Source: a virus (Duplodnaviria > Caudoviricetes). Taken from it: DNA of 43,141 nt. The first letter of the stretch is position 1. Each line of letters opens with the position of its first letter. Of this stretch, positions 29,131 to 37,968 are shown in pieces. Made by a program: the position numbers and the translations under genes. The notes below the pieces were generated by a model. It was not told the origin of the DNA. It searched no databases and worked only from the letters and a program-made list of their open reading frames with translations. Location: IMG/VR virus record IMGVR_UViG_3300005077_000074, positions 1 to 43,141 of that record; one strand, 5' to 3'.

Positions 29131-29888
29131 TCGATCGTCCTTCCGAAGACAGCGCTAAGCTCGCACTCAAGGAACCTCGGATTCCAGGAGAAATACGGAC
29201 GGTCAAATTCACCGTAGGTCGACACATCGACGGTCAACCCGGTGAGCACCTGAATCTGGGCATAGCCGTAAGGGGTGAGCTCGGACACCAGCTCGGCCCA
29301 CGTCGCATTTTCACTGAACAGAGTGTGCACATCTCCGAGAGAATAGTCCTGATCTGCAGCGGCATCGTCGTTGCTCTTCAGCATGTAAACGTCCCACGTG
29401 GTGTCCCGAACGATCCGCAGCATGACAAGGTTTCGGACATCAGATTCGACTGCGATCTTCATTGTTCCGATTGGCGACTCTGTCGACGCGACTCCGTTTT
29501 GAACATGGACGCCCTGATACCCTGTCAGCATGTATTTGTTTCCGCCTGCGGTTGTGCCGAGGGCTGAGTTGATTGATCCAAACGATTGAGGCCTGACGCC
29601 GATCGCGTGCGCCACAGATCCAGACACAGCGTTCCAAGCGCTTGTGTGCCCAGACTGAATTCCGAATGACCAATAAAACTCTGACTTCAGCTCAGAAGAC
29701 GGAAGGTCGGCAGGAAGCACAAGCGGGACGACGCGCCACAGAAACCCGAGGTGAAGCTCTGACCACCCACCGATGAATCCAGAGGCGATCTTCCGGCTGG
29801 CAGTCGATCCTCCGATCCTGACGTGCTTATCGGTCGTTCCCGAGAAGTCTCTCGATGCGACGATGTTGAGGTTGTAGCTCATACCCAT
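29127..29888 (-). CDS. Beta-rich virion protein (possible receptor-binding)
   Basis: 253-aa ORF, ATGA-coupled to the downstream gene. Confidence 0.6.
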   Translation of the reverse strand: MGMSYNLNIVASRDFSGTTDKHVRIGGSTASRKIASGFIGGWSELHLGFLWRVVPLVLPADLPSSELKSEFYWSFGIQSGHTSAWNAVSGSVAHAIGVRPQSFGSINSALGTTAGGNKYMLTGYQGVHVQNGVASTESPIGTMKIAVESDVRNLVMLRIVRDTTWDVYMLKSNDDAAADQDYSLGDVHTLFSENATWAELVSELTPYGYAQIQVLTGLTVDVSTYGEFDRPYFSWNPRFLECELSAVFGRTIE

Positions 29889-31009
29889 GGACCGCTGAAT
29901 CCGAATCCGCCAGTTTGGCCAGACAGCGACTGCCCAGCCGTGTAATCGAACCCGTCGTAGGCGATCACAGTCAGGTAGTCGGTGGCATCAAAATCCCAAT
30001 CACCGTCCCACCCAGTTCCCTCACCGGCAGGCTCAGACCCATCCTCGTAGTCCTCGAACGTGTCATAGAACGCGAACTCAGGGAATGGTTCCGGCTCTGG
30101 CTCTTCAGGATCAGTGCCGCCACCGCCGCCGCTATACGGAAAAGGGGAGCAGACCGTAACCTCCTGATACGGATAGGGGTAGATGGGCTGGAACATCTGA
30201 CAAAGGTTTCCGGTGTCGAGCCCCTGCACGGCATCGAGGTTGGACTGGACGTGCTTCTCCTCGTCGCACCACCACATCATGTCAGCGAACTTGTCTGCGG
30301 CACCCTGGCTGTTGAGCGCTGCCATCCGCTGGTCGGCGTCAGCCTTGACGGCCATTTCTGACGCCACGTATTGAGCCGCCCACCCGATCAGGTCTGCGTC
30401 GTCGACGATTGCGTCAGACGCCAGCCATGTGCGCTTCAGCCCCTCCCAGTGGACGGCGATGATGTATCCGCATGGCGGTCTTGGTGCCAGCCACAGCTCG
30501 CCATTTTGCCCGCGAGCGCAAATCTTCGGTGCGCATTTCCAGCACGTGTCGTCCTCGGTGGTCCCGTAGAGCTCGCAGTAGGCGTAGCAGATGTCGCCAC
30601 CGTCACTCCAGATCGTCGTCCCAACACCGGGCGGAATATTGTCGAAGCTGCATAAATTCTCAGACTGTTGAGACCACGTCGCAATCCTGTGCGGACTGAC
30701 GGGGGTGTAGTAGTGCTTGACGCATTGCTCCCCAGGCTTGAAGGCGTAGACGACGTTGATCGGGCCTCTCGGTGGACTGATCTGCGAAACACCGCAGTGA
30801 ACCTGCTGCTGGCTGTGATCGTAAAACGCGACCTGGCTCTTCCTCAGACAGTCGATGTACCGCTGTGCCTTGATCAGGGCATTGAGAACGTAATTGTCGA
30901 AGGCTGGCTTCAGCCCCTCAGCGATACCCTCCGGGACTGCAATCTTCCTGACCTTTGCGCACCACTGGGAAAAGGTGGTGTACGATACAGATGCGTCTGG
31001 GTTGATCAT
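29879..31009 (-). CDS. Putative head-tail adaptor / tail tubular protein A with acidic C-terminal extension
   Basis: Position after the capsid; helix-beta-helix layout with LWLAPRP (adaptor-like YPxP position); Cys-rich. Confidence 0.55.
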   Translation of the reverse strand: MINPDASVSYTTFSQWCAKVRKIAVPEGIAEGLKPAFDNYVLNALIKAQRYIDCLRKSQVAFYDHSQQQVHCGVSQISPPRGPINVVYAFKPGEQCVKHYYTPVSPHRIATWSQQSENLCSFDNIPPGVGTTIWSDGGDICYAYCELYGTTEDDTCWKCAPKICARGQNGELWLAPRPPCGYIIAVHWEGLKRTWLASDAIVDDADLIGWAAQYVASEMAVKADADQRMAALNSQGAADKFADMMWWCDEEKHVQSNLDAVQGLDTGNLCQMFQPIYPYPYQEVTVCSPFPYSGGGGGTDPEEPEPEPFPEFAFYDTFEDYEDGSEPAGEGTGWDGDWDFDATDYLTVIAYDGFDYTAGQSLSGQTGGFGFSGPWV

Positions 31010-31449
31010 TCGGCTCCAATCTTTATCACCCTCGGCTTGGCGAAGGACTTGGGAACCTGAATCCCCTCTGGCTTCTGCGGATGAGCAAACGAATCGATGA
31101 CTCTTCCGTCAGCCATCTGACCGACAACATTGCCCCTAGCGCCCGCAGCACTTCTGCTTGGATCGAACGGGCTGCCGAGCGACTGTGGCCCGATGAAGGG
31201 CCGCTGCTTGGGCGGCCGGAACAGCGGCGTCTCGCTCTTTTTTTTTAGGTATTCGGAGTACTGCTGCTCCGTGATCTCCTCAACTCCGCCGCGATGTTCG
31301 CTGGCGCACTTTATGAGCTGGGCAGCTTCGTACCCGTTGCTCGTTGCGTAGTATCCGTATCCGTCACTTACCTCATCGAACCTGATCGGGGCACCGGTCG
31401 GAAGGTAAAGCGGGGTTTCGGGCAGCTCCTTGCGGAAGTATCGTGTCAT
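31006..31449 (-). CDS. Hypothetical phage protein
   Basis: 147-aa ORF with AGAGGA Shine-Dalgarno, ATGA-coupled to the next gene. Confidence 0.7.
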   Translation of the reverse strand: MTRYFRKELPETPLYLPTGAPIRFDEVSDGYGYYATSNGYEAAQLIKCASEHRGGVEEITEQQYSEYLKKKSETPLFRPPKQRPFIGPQSLGSPFDPSRSAAGARGNVVGQMADGRVIDSFAHPQKPEGIQVPKSFAKPRVIKIGAE

Positions 31450-31471
31450 AGTTCCTCTGGTTTATTCCTTC

Positions 31472-31508
31472 AACAAAAAGGGGGCAAGGGCTTTATACCC
31501 CTGCCCCC
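31472..31508 (-). terminator. Rho-independent terminator after the major capsid gene
   Basis: Minus strand reads GGGGGCAGGGG-tataaag-CCCTTGCCCCC-TTTTTGTT. Confidence 0.85.
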
Positions 31509-31533
31509 ATGAACCCGCCGCACCAATCAATGC

Positions 31534-33069
31534 CTACCCGACGTAGGTGTAAAGGTCATCGTAGCTGGGAGTCTGCGACTTGTCGCTGTGATCCGGAACC
31601 ACGTCAGCAAAGTTCTCGATGACGAGGTTGTCCGGGGGACACTCAACAACCGCAGTCCAGGTGAGGGAGTTTAAGCTCACCTCCTGAGTCGGATTCTCCA
31701 TCACGCAGGCGTAATCGGAGTCGATCTTCGCAAGGTCGGAGATCTCACCCGAGCGCCACACCTTCCGGTTGGAAGCGATGATGCCAGGGTAGATGCCGCC
31801 ACCAAGATCCAGGATCCAGAGGAACCGGCCAGTGGCAACCATGCTCTCAGCCTCGGCCGCAGAGCCGAAGTCGTCGAAGAAGAAGTGGGTGATGACGTTG
31901 ATCGTCACGCCCTTCGGGAAGAGCAGGTAGTAGCTGCTCCAGCGGAACCCGAGCACACCGTGCTCACCCTCGGACACGCTGATATTGAACCGGGCCAACC
32001 CCTCGTACTGGGTGTTGTAGTAGCGAATCATCGCCCGGTGGAACAGGAATGCCGTGGTGGTGTCCGTGTAGATGTCGATCGAGTCAGCCACCTTGCCCTG
32101 GTTCGACCGTGAGCGGTGGATGTCGTAGATCTTGTCGAACAGTTCGAGCAGGTTGAGCTGCTGGCCCTGGAGGTCGTAAACAGCACCGCACTGCAGGAGC
32201 TGCTCGTAAACACCGATTGCGTTGGCGCGGAAGCCGACGCACTTCGTCTCGTTCGGCAGGTAAAGGTCGGACCCGCCGTAGGTGTAGATCTTGTCCAGGT
32301 TCTTGTAGTGGCTCAGCGTCTGGTTCGCCGAGATGGGCTTGTTCCACCAGAAGGCATTCAGCCACTCCCGTTGGAACAGCATCGCGTACTGCTGGCAGTA
32401 CCGCTCGAAGTCGTTGACGTTGTTGGTGCCGAGCACCAGGAAGCCAGTGGTCGGGAACAGGACTTTCGATCCGTTGCCGAGCGTCCCGGCGTTTTCGGAC
32501 ACCAGACTTACCTCGATGGTGCTGGTGCCGCTGTAGCTCGACAGGGCAGCCGCCGTGACTCGCCACGCCGTTCTGGTAGCGGTGCCGCCACCGGTCTTCG
32601 AGAAGATGAACACCCGCAATCCGACAGCAAACCAGTTCGGATCCAGCTCGATGCCGTAGCGGTTGATGACGTGGATGGTGTATGCCCCGGCAGTGCCAGA
32701 CCCGTTCAGGACGGTCCAATACTCGTCGTTGATGATCGACTTCTGGCGGGCGAGGATGAACGGCTCAATGAACGGCTCTCCGCCCTTGACGTTCTTCTTC
32801 GACACCAAGCTGCCAAACTGCCTGGACGACGCCATGAGGAAATCGAACAGGCCGTTGACGCGGGTTCCGCAAGCCTTCATCTCGAACTGGGCGAGAAGCA
32901 GGCTGGTCATGTCCCGGAAGTTCGCGCCATCCATGAAGATGGATTCGAGCTCCGACGGGGTTGCGGTGATCACGTGACACCGGGTTACGGTTCCGCACGA
33001 ATCGTAGCTGGTCCCAATCGCCGGGGAGCAGCGCCCTTGCAGTGAGTAGTTATTAGCCGAGATAGCCAT
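31534..33069 (-). CDS. Major capsid protein (putative)
   Basis: Follows the scaffold-like gene and precedes a strong terminator; strongly biased C/G-ending codons; 511 aa. Confidence 0.8.
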   Translation of the reverse strand: MAISANNYSLQGRCSPAIGTSYDSCGTVTRCHVITATPSELESIFMDGANFRDMTSLLLAQFEMKACGTRVNGLFDFLMASSRQFGSLVSKKNVKGGEPFIEPFILARQKSIINDEYWTVLNGSGTAGAYTIHVINRYGIELDPNWFAVGLRVFIFSKTGGGTATRTAWRVTAAALSSYSGTSTIEVSLVSENAGTLGNGSKVLFPTTGFLVLGTNNVNDFERYCQQYAMLFQREWLNAFWWNKPISANQTLSHYKNLDKIYTYGGSDLYLPNETKCVGFRANAIGVYEQLLQCGAVYDLQGQQLNLLELFDKIYDIHRSRSNQGKVADSIDIYTDTTTAFLFHRAMIRYYNTQYEGLARFNISVSEGEHGVLGFRWSSYYLLFPKGVTINVITHFFFDDFGSAAEAESMVATGRFLWILDLGGGIYPGIIASNRKVWRSGEISDLAKIDSDYACVMENPTQEVSLNSLTWTAVVECPPDNLVIENFADVVPDHSDKSQTPSYDDLYTYVG

Positions 33070-33073
33070 TGCT

Positions 33074-33120
33074 CTTCAGCGGAGGACCAAGGTAACGGTC
33101 ACAAGGTCTTTTCGCTGAAG
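33074..33120. promoter_or_regulatory. Inverted repeat filling the capsid 5' UTR
   Basis: CTTCAGCG..GACC / GGTC..CGCTGAAG arms, ending 4 nt before the capsid ATG. Confidence 0.55.
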
Positions 33121-33125
33121 TCAAT

Positions 33126-34778
33126 CTACTGCTGCTTCTGCCGTCTGGGGAAGAGTTTGCTCATGAGACCCGAGACGAACGTTTCGCCCTGAGACCCGGA
33201 CTTGTCGGATCTGGTATCAGTGACACCACCCGAAGGGCTCTCGGGAGGATTGGTCTCTTTGCGCTTCTGAGGCGGCTGCTGTTGCTTCTGCTGCGGTTGA
33301 GCCTTCTGGCCTTCCGCCTTCTTCCTGCGAGACACAATCGTCTCAGGGCTGAACGTCCATCCGCGTGACTTCGCCGCAGACTTCAGCTTGTCCGAGATCT
33401 TTTCTCTCTCGGTTTTTGCCATTCGTGTGGCGTGATCCCGAACAATCCAGTAGGCCTGTTCCTCCCCGATGGTCCAATGCCGAGCCCGCTGGGACTCGCT
33501 CATCTTGAAGTATTCGGACCTTGGGGCGAATCTTTGGCCGATCTCATTGACTGGAGCTTTCGCTGCCAGGGCGTCCTCGTAAGAGTTGAGCGTCTGCGAG
33601 ATCCAGACGTGCAGGCTGTTTCCTGGGCGTAGCCGGTATTTCCCGCCACTGCCGTAGACCTTGGCGAGCTCCGTGGTCGATGCGTCGATGATCCCTGCGT
33701 ATTTCCCAATCGTTTCCCCCAGCAGGTCTTCCCCCTCGATTGCTAACTTCAGTCCATCAGGAGTGCCGAGGTCGTAGTCGGCTTCAGGAATGAAATCCTT
33801 CGCAAACTCCCGCAGCGCGGAGCTGGCCTTTTCCGCTACCTGCTCCTTCATCGTTGCCTCAACCAACCGGCTCTCGATCTCATTGAGCCGCTCGCTGTCC
33901 TTCTCGCGCTCGCTCTTCAGCTCCCTGCGGGCCTCGATCCTGGCGATGGCTTTGTCGAAGTCCTTGTCCAGGTATTCGGGGGCAACCGTCTCAAGGAACG
34001 AGGAGTGAGCATCATCCTTCCAGCTGAACTTCTGGCCAGGGTTCTCCTTCTCCCACTCCTTCCTGTATTCGGCCTTGCGCTCAAAGCACTCAACCATCTG
34101 CTGCGGCAGGTCCTTGTACCTATCCGGCTTGCTCTTGGACATCTCGACGGCCGCTTCATACATGTCCCGGTCATCGTCCCCGAGACTCGCCATCGGATCC
34201 TCCTCCTCCTTCTTGGGCTTATCCTCACCATCAGATTGAGGCTGCCGAACGGCGCTGGCGATGCTCGCACTGAGCTCGGCTAGATCTTCCCTGGTGATCG
34301 ACACCTGCGGTGGTGCCTTTACCACCTTTGTCGCCTTGCCCTTGTTCTTGTCAGCTGCGGAATTGCTGTCATCCTTCCCGCCTTCGGAAGCCTGCCCCTC
34401 GCCGCCACCATCGCCCTGAGTGCCTTCCTCGCCGCCCATCTTCTTCAGCGCTCTCTCCCTGGCTGCCTCGTAGCGGTTTTCGCCGAACAGGCTCTTCCCA
34501 AGGGCGCTGTGCGCACGCTCCTCCTCCTCGCGCTCCTCGTCCGACGGCTTTTCCGGCTGCTGCACACGGCGCTTCGAGGTGATGTTGGAACTGCCGACAC
34601 CGGGTCCGTCCATCTCGTCAGCGTTCAGATTGAGCTGCCGTGTCTTGATCTGGCTCTCGCCTTCGCCTTCCCCATCTTCAACCTGCGATGACATCCCCTT
34701 CTCTTTGCGCATTCGCATGACGTTTTCGAGCAGGGAAGTGCCAGTTGCTACACTCTCGGGTTCGTTTGGTGCACTCAT
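33126..34778 (-). CDS. Putative capsid scaffolding protein
   Basis: 550-aa highly charged, low-complexity/helical protein between portal and capsid. Confidence 0.7.
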   Translation of the reverse strand: MSAPNEPESVATGTSLLENVMRMRKEKGMSSQVEDGEGEGESQIKTRQLNLNADEMDGPGVGSSNITSKRRVQQPEKPSDEEREEEERAHSALGKSLFGENRYEAARERALKKMGGEEGTQGDGGGEGQASEGGKDDSNSAADKNKGKATKVVKAPPQVSITREDLAELSASIASAVRQPQSDGEDKPKKEEEDPMASLGDDDRDMYEAAVEMSKSKPDRYKDLPQQMVECFERKAEYRKEWEKENPGQKFSWKDDAHSSFLETVAPEYLDKDFDKAIARIEARRELKSEREKDSERLNEIESRLVEATMKEQVAEKASSALREFAKDFIPEADYDLGTPDGLKLAIEGEDLLGETIGKYAGIIDASTTELAKVYGSGGKYRLRPGNSLHVWISQTLNSYEDALAAKAPVNEIGQRFAPRSEYFKMSESQRARHWTIGEEQAYWIVRDHATRMAKTEREKISDKLKSAAKSRGWTFSPETIVSRRKKAEGQKAQPQQKQQQPPQKRKETNPPESPSGGVTDTRSDKSGSQGETFVSGLMSKLFPRRQKQQ

Positions 34779-35056
34779 GATTCGATGATCAGTTCGCAGA
34801 ACTCTTTCTCTTCACCGCGAAACTCCTCAAGGATCTCCAGGGCTGCCTTGAGCTTTGCGCTTCGATCAACCAGCGACCGGTCTGGTTGCGTATCCGGGGT
34901 GAAGACGAGATCACAAAGACTCTCGGCTATGCGGTGCGCCTCGATGTGATACTCAGCCTCGATGGCGAGCATCAGTCTGGCAAACCCCGTGGATTCGAAC
35001 GTATTCCTGATGGACCGCTCGTGATCCTCGCTAAGCGGGCGAAGAGCTAGGTTCAC
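34775..35056 (-). CDS. Small hypothetical protein between portal and scaffold
   Basis: Likely GTG start at 35056; ATGA coupling to the scaffold. Confidence 0.6.
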   Translation of the reverse strand: MNLALRPLSEDHERSIRNTFESTGFARLMLAIEAEYHIEAHRIAESLCDLVFTPDTQPDRSLVDRSAKLKAALEILEEFRGEEKEFCELIIES

Positions 35057-37385
35057 GCTGGGAAGCTGCACCCATGAGCACATCAAGTCGAGACATAAGT
35101 TGATCAAGCGCTCCGCCTAAGTTGTTCACCTCCTCGGCGTTACGCGAAACGGTTTCCTCAACTTGGGCGACCTGCTCTTTGATTTTTGCCTCGGTATCGG
35201 CGTCGACCTTCTTCATGATTTCAGAGGCCAGTTGCTCGAATAGTTTGGCGATCTGCTCTTGCGTAACCGGTTGCTGATCACCGGATTGCTGCGCTCCCTG
35301 CCCCATCATCTGGTCGATCACCTTCTGGTTCTCGACGTTGAGTGCGAAGTCACGCGGGAGCCCTGCGAGCCTGGCGATGGTGTTGAACACTTTGATCGCC
35401 TGCCTTGGCCCGATAGCCAGTGCCGTCATCTGATTGTTCAGCATGACCTGCATGATGTGGCTCATCCCGGCAGCCAGCTCCGGATTGTTGATCCGGTTCT
35501 CGCCCTCGCGTGCCGAAACGAACTTCTCCATGGCGAGCTTCGACCGGCTTCCGGATACCTGGGCCTTGGTGACGCCGCGCCTTCCGGCCGATTCGATCTT
35601 CATCCCCGCATCCTCAACCACCCCGGCATTGATCGGCTCGACGATGTCAACCTGCGCCTCGAAGGTGTCGTCGTTGTAGCATTGGTCGGCATCGAACAGC
35701 TGCTTCTTCCAGCCATAGATCGCGTCGTCCACAAAGCTGTCAGTGAGGGCAACCCGGTTATTGACCGAGCCCTGAACAATCCTGGTCTCCTCAGCGGTCT
35801 GCTCGTGGCTCGCAACAGACCCAACCTCCTGGGCGGAAAACACCAGCACCCGCTCCAGGGTATCGAGCAGGAGCCTGAACGCCTGCATGATCTCGACGGT
35901 GCTGGCAACCGGGAATGGGATGTGTTCGAAGGCCTTCCTGACATCGGACTGCGCCATCATCGTCTTCCTGCCCTTGTGCGGGATCAGGATCGTCGACCGA
36001 TACTTGTCCTCCCCAAGGTTCGCCACCCGATCGATGTACTGCCTTGGGACCAAGTTCTCGTCGACGAACACAATGCGCGTCAGGTTCTGCTTGGCGGTGA
36101 GGATCTGCTGGCTGATCAAGTTGGACATGTGGTCCTGGAACGGTAGGACCTCAAGGGTCAAGCTGGCGTTTCTCCTGCGCTCTTCGTGGGCGTCATAGCC
36201 CATATAAAGCAGCGGGGAGTACCCCAGCGGAGCCATGTAGACCACGTCCACATCGTTAGCCACTACTGTCCTGAACCACGTCTTGAAATTCGCCCTCTCG
36301 TCAGACGTGAGCCCAACCTGGAACGGGTTGAGCTTCTGATACAGGTCACACAGAACAACCCCTTTATCGCTGTGCTGCGAAGTGTAGAAGCTTGCGTTGG
36401 ACTCCCGGTCCAGCTCGCCAGCCCCGGATCGCGGGCCGATCTTGCCGTCGACCGGGAAGCTCATCTGGCACGGGTAAACCGTGGAGAAGAACGTGCCATT
36501 GGACCTGATTAGATCGTGGTCCATCATTGAGATCCAGTCGCGGTTCCAGTAGCTCTCGTTCGCCTTGATTTCCCCATATCGAACGATCCTCCAATAGCCG
36601 CCGAACTGGATTCCGGAGTCGAAGTTCACGGTGCCGATCCGATGAAATTGATCGTAGAAAACCCGGCTCGGATGAGGGATTGAGTAGCGAAGCCCCTGCT
36701 TGACGACCACCTTCGAAAGGTCATCACCAACGCCATACTCGCGATACCAGTCCTCAACCGGGAACATGATCGCCGTGCCGTAATGCAGCATGTTGAAGAT
36801 CCACTGCTTCAGCGTGCTCCTGTAGCCGAGCTGCTGCCCCATCGCTTCGATGAGGTCGGTGATGACTTCGCATCTGAGCCTGTTGACTTCAGTGTTCTTG
36901 AGCGGCTCAAACTTGAGAAGAGGGAAGACATTGCGATCGTTGAACAGCTTGGCCCACCGGATGTGAAGGTATGCCCGAACCAGCGGAATGAAGATCTGGA
37001 AAAAGACAGGAAGGTCGACTCGCGGCTTGCACTTCTTTCCGTCGTTGTCGGTCTCCTTGATGAAGCTCGCGATGCCCCACTCCTTCGCCATCTTGAGGAT
37101 TTCACTCGGCTGGGCGTCACTGTTCATCACCCGCTCAACGAACGTTGAAACGTGGGAGTATGTGGTCTGCTTGAACGGCACATCGTAGGCCGTGTCCATC
37201 GCCCACCACATGCGGAAGTCGGAAAGATTCTGACGCCGCCCCTCGCGAATCCTGTCCCTGGTCAACTCGATGAACTCCTTGATCTTGTCGTCTTTGGGGC
37301 GTCTCCTGGTCTTTGGGCTGTATTCGAACTTTGACCGAAGATCGTCCGGTGTGAGCTTGAGAGATTCGAAGGTCGACAGCTTCAT
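35031..37385 (-). CDS. Portal protein
   Basis: 784 aa; IFIPLVRAY, LHYGTAI and QTAEE (TATE-like) motifs; coiled-coil C-terminus; synteny. Confidence 0.8.
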   Translation of the reverse strand: MKLSTFESLKLTPDDLRSKFEYSPKTRRRPKDDKIKEFIELTRDRIREGRRQNLSDFRMWWAMDTAYDVPFKQTTYSHVSTFVERVMNSDAQPSEILKMAKEWGIASFIKETDNDGKKCKPRVDLPVFFQIFIPLVRAYLHIRWAKLFNDRNVFPLLKFEPLKNTEVNRLRCEVITDLIEAMGQQLGYRSTLKQWIFNMLHYGTAIMFPVEDWYREYGVGDDLSKVVVKQGLRYSIPHPSRVFYDQFHRIGTVNFDSGIQFGGYWRIVRYGEIKANESYWNRDWISMMDHDLIRSNGTFFSTVYPCQMSFPVDGKIGPRSGAGELDRESNASFYTSQHSDKGVVLCDLYQKLNPFQVGLTSDERANFKTWFRTVVANDVDVVYMAPLGYSPLLYMGYDAHEERRRNASLTLEVLPFQDHMSNLISQQILTAKQNLTRIVFVDENLVPRQYIDRVANLGEDKYRSTILIPHKGRKTMMAQSDVRKAFEHIPFPVASTVEIMQAFRLLLDTLERVLVFSAQEVGSVASHEQTAEETRIVQGSVNNRVALTDSFVDDAIYGWKKQLFDADQCYNDDTFEAQVDIVEPINAGVVEDAGMKIESAGRRGVTKAQVSGSRSKLAMEKFVSAREGENRINNPELAAGMSHIMQVMLNNQMTALAIGPRQAIKVFNTIARLAGLPRDFALNVENQKVIDQMMGQGAQQSGDQQPVTQEQIAKLFEQLASEIMKKVDADTEAKIKEQVAQVEETVSRNAEEVNNLGGALDQLMSRLDVLMGAASQREPSSSPA

Positions 37386-37666
37386 ATAAGCATATCCTCT
37401 GGCATGACTATGCCGATTTTCTTGAGCAGCCTCATTTTATTCAGGGCTATCACCTCGCGCTCCGTCAGCTTCTTCGAAAGCTTCAGGACAAGCTTCGGCT
37501 TTACAGTGATGCCGTCGACCTCCATTGGGCAGTCGATCTTTTGGTTGATGAAGACGAACTCGTAGAGCCTGCCGCACTTCAGGCGCTTCGGCTGCTTGAT
37601 CTCAGAGACAACGATCGACAGCCGAATCCCAGACTCGCTCCTGGTGATCTTACATTCCGCCTTCAT
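37382..37666 (-). CDS. Small basic hypothetical protein
   Basis: 94-aa ORF, ATGA-coupled to the portal. Confidence 0.6.
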   Translation of the reverse strand: MKAECKITRSESGIRLSIVVSEIKQPKRLKCGRLYEFVFINQKIDCPMEVDGITVKPKLVLKLSKKLTEREVIALNKMRLLKKIGIVMPEDMLI

Positions 37667-37919
37667 CGAAACCGCCGGTATTGGTGGTTGGCATCCCTAC
37701 AGGAACGCCGCCATCATCCATCGTCTCGACGGCCCCCTCCTCCACGCTTGGGATGTCGTCGACGGTGATCTCAGCGATGTCAGCCTCGATCATGGCGTCA
37801 CTGACGCTGGTGGGAACAATGGTGACGTTGCGCAAAGTCAAAGGCTCGCCAACCGCAGCACTCGCAACAACTTCAGCGATCCCAGGCTCTGCCGTATCAA
37901 GAGTGATCTTGCTTGGCAT
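37650..37919 (-). CDS. Small acidic hypothetical protein (first gene of the virion operon)
   Basis: 89-aa ORF starting just after the divergent intergenic region. Confidence 0.65.
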   Translation of the reverse strand: MPSKITLDTAEPGIAEVVASAAVGEPLTLRNVTIVPTSVSDAMIEADIAEITVDDIPSVEEGAVETMDDGGVPVGMPTTNTGGFDEGGM

Positions 37920-37968
37920 GGTTTACGGTAGGCTTGCTCATGGCGGTCGATCAAGTTTATTGATTGGT
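37920..37968. promoter_or_regulatory. 49-bp divergent promoter region
   Basis: Minus strand reads TTGATC-N18-TACCGT-aaacc-ATG (leaderless-type spacing). Plus strand has a weaker TTGCTC-N18-TATTGA. Confidence 0.45.

Noticed and set aside
12786-36146. Long antisense ORFs (e.g. 12786-13853, 16044-16874, 18870-19703, 20128-20793, 32116-33045, 35259-36146)
   Set aside because: They are shadow frames expected from GC-rich codon bias and have no recognisable motifs.
37681-37968. 96-codon N-terminal extension of TerL in the ORF track
   Set aside because: It overlaps the opposite-strand gene 37650-37919; terminase motifs begin after ATG 37969.
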